In this document: positions 62,561-64,000 of the stretch, piece after piece | Numbering within the stretch: the stretch's first letter is position 1 | Layout of the letters: every line of letters starts with the position of its first letter | DNA from: Azolla caroliniana | Lineage: Eukaryota > Plantae > Polypodiophyta | DNA length: 64,000 bases | NCBI GenBank assembly: GCA_043228905.1 | Contig: JBHGNT010000097.1 | Coordinates: forward strand, 1-64,000 | Reading direction: 5' to 3' | The notes under the pieces: model-generated | The model's database searches: none | The model's input: only the letters and a program-made list of their open reading frames with translations | What the model was told of the DNA's origin: nothing | Made by a program: the position numbers and the translations under genes

Positions 62561-63090
62561 AAATCAAAGCCTAGCATGGTTTTTTGTCGAGGCTATGCTT
62601 CGTATCCTGAAACCCAAGAATCGGCGAAGAGAATCTTGAATTTCTCAGGCAGGATTTCATTTCTAGCGCGAACTGATCAGAAGCCCGCTACGGATAGACC
62701 GTCGCTGGGGCCGAAGATAATGGTGGTCCCGTCGAGGCCGAAGATGGTGGTCCCGGGCCGAAGGTGGTGGTGCCGCGCTGAGGCTTCTTTCATTTCCCGA
62801 GGAAGAGTTGTTGCCCTTCTTGCTGATTCGCTGGGGTTCAAGTCCTTATTACTACCGCTGCACGCGGCTGCGCATTGACTGTGAGCTCATTAGCCGGCAG
62901 CTAAGCAGCAATCACACATGGAGAAGACGTGCCAGACCCAGAGATACAAAGGCGTGCGTGCCCGCTTCTTCCGCCGCGCGCGCGCGCCGGTTCATCCCGG
63001 AGGAACCGCAGAGAAGAGATGCACCAGACCTTGCTTGAAAGTTGCAGCCAGCTAGAAAGCTAGAACCGGCCGGCAGAAAGCTGCCAACAG

Positions 63091-63123
<33 letters not shown>

Positions 63124-64000
63124 ATGCAGCCAGCAACAAAAATGCGCCAGACCTAGAAACCAAAGACGAGCAAAAAAAAAGAAAAGGACAAACGAGCAGA
63201 TATGAACACGGCCAACAGAGGGTATAGCAGAAGCCGCCAGAAGCAGCGGATGACCTGTTTCTACAAAAAAAACAGCTGCATATAGCAGAAGCCACTTCCA
63301 GGAAGATGCGGTGTAGAGCTGAACTGCGGACGGAGCGTGAAGAATTGTGAAATTCGGGAAGAATCTGTTACACCAAGTATCAGAATTACGAACACGAAAA
63401 GCAGCCAGCCGGACTGCAGCCATGCTGCGCACCTTTGGTGGAGCTGCGAGACAAACGTAAAGCGGCAGCTAACAGACTACAGTGAAGCTAGACTACAAGC
63501 CATTAGTAAACCCCGATGATTAGGTTCAGCTGTTGGCTGTGCCCGCGTATATCAATCCGTTTTTTCTGCTTGCTGTGATGCGGCATGAAACGATGAACCA
63601 CAGAGACGATTTGCCAGCCAAGCCAGCCAACCGGGAAGCTAAACTACGAACCAAGACCGTGCTCATCCCTGCTCGTTGCCGAAGCTAACATGCACTGATG
63701 AGGAGTTGAACCTTATGCAAGGAGCTCCGTTAGCTCTCAGTACATCAAAAGAAATCAGTAAAGTAAGTAGAGCTCTTGCTTGCCTAAAACACAAAAAACA
63801 AGGTAAACTTTAATATTGGAAATTATTCATGTTATCTTTTACGATTAATATCCTACCTTACTGATCCAATTCTTCTCTTTCCATTTCTTTCACTTTAGAA
63901 GCACCCGGTAGGGTCTTGTATCTACTAGAGCTAGACCTTTGACTTCTATCTGGTTCTTCCTCTTTCTTCTACTTTGCTTTATTTTAGAAGCACCCACCTG

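Noticed and set aside
27452-63432. ORFs containing ACLLACLL, ASKQASKQ, FPFLS or ARHGT repeats
   Set aside because: These are translations of microsatellites, not proteins

Overview
This window is plant mitochondrial DNA, almost certainly from a fern and probably a leptosporangiate one. The evidence is the fern-type introns atp1i361g2 and rps1i25g2, plus genes that become open only after dense C-to-U and U-to-C RNA editing: in-frame TAA/TAG/TGA at conserved Gln/Arg positions, ACG starts, and CGA/CAA stops. Recognisable genes are tatC, sdh3, nad4 (3 exons), atp1 (2 exons), nad3, cob, nad4L, rpl6-rps13-rps11, cox3, rps1 (2 exons), atp9, nad9, rrnS, rrn5, a split rrnL and 14 tRNA copies. There are also relics of linear-plasmid DNA/RNA polymerases, plastid fragments (accD, rpoC1, atpA, psbD), maturase relics, large repeats and many microsatellites. 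The most notable feature is two introns broken apart with terminal redundancy. (1) The rrnL group I intron lies in two halves on opposite strands that overlap by an exact 259-bp inverted repeat. (2) The atp1 group II intron is interrupted in domain IV by a 12.3-kb gene-bearing block flanked by a 41-bp direct repeat. In each case the gene must be trans-spliced, or one recombination event restores a normal cis intron. Also notable are a run of four consecutive stop codons that would be edited to QQQQ in rps11, an in-frame rpl6-rps13 junction without a genomic stop or start, and two decayed copies of an unknown AT-rich membrane-protein ORF. All alignments were done by eye from memory of the protein families, and all editing is inferred, not observed.
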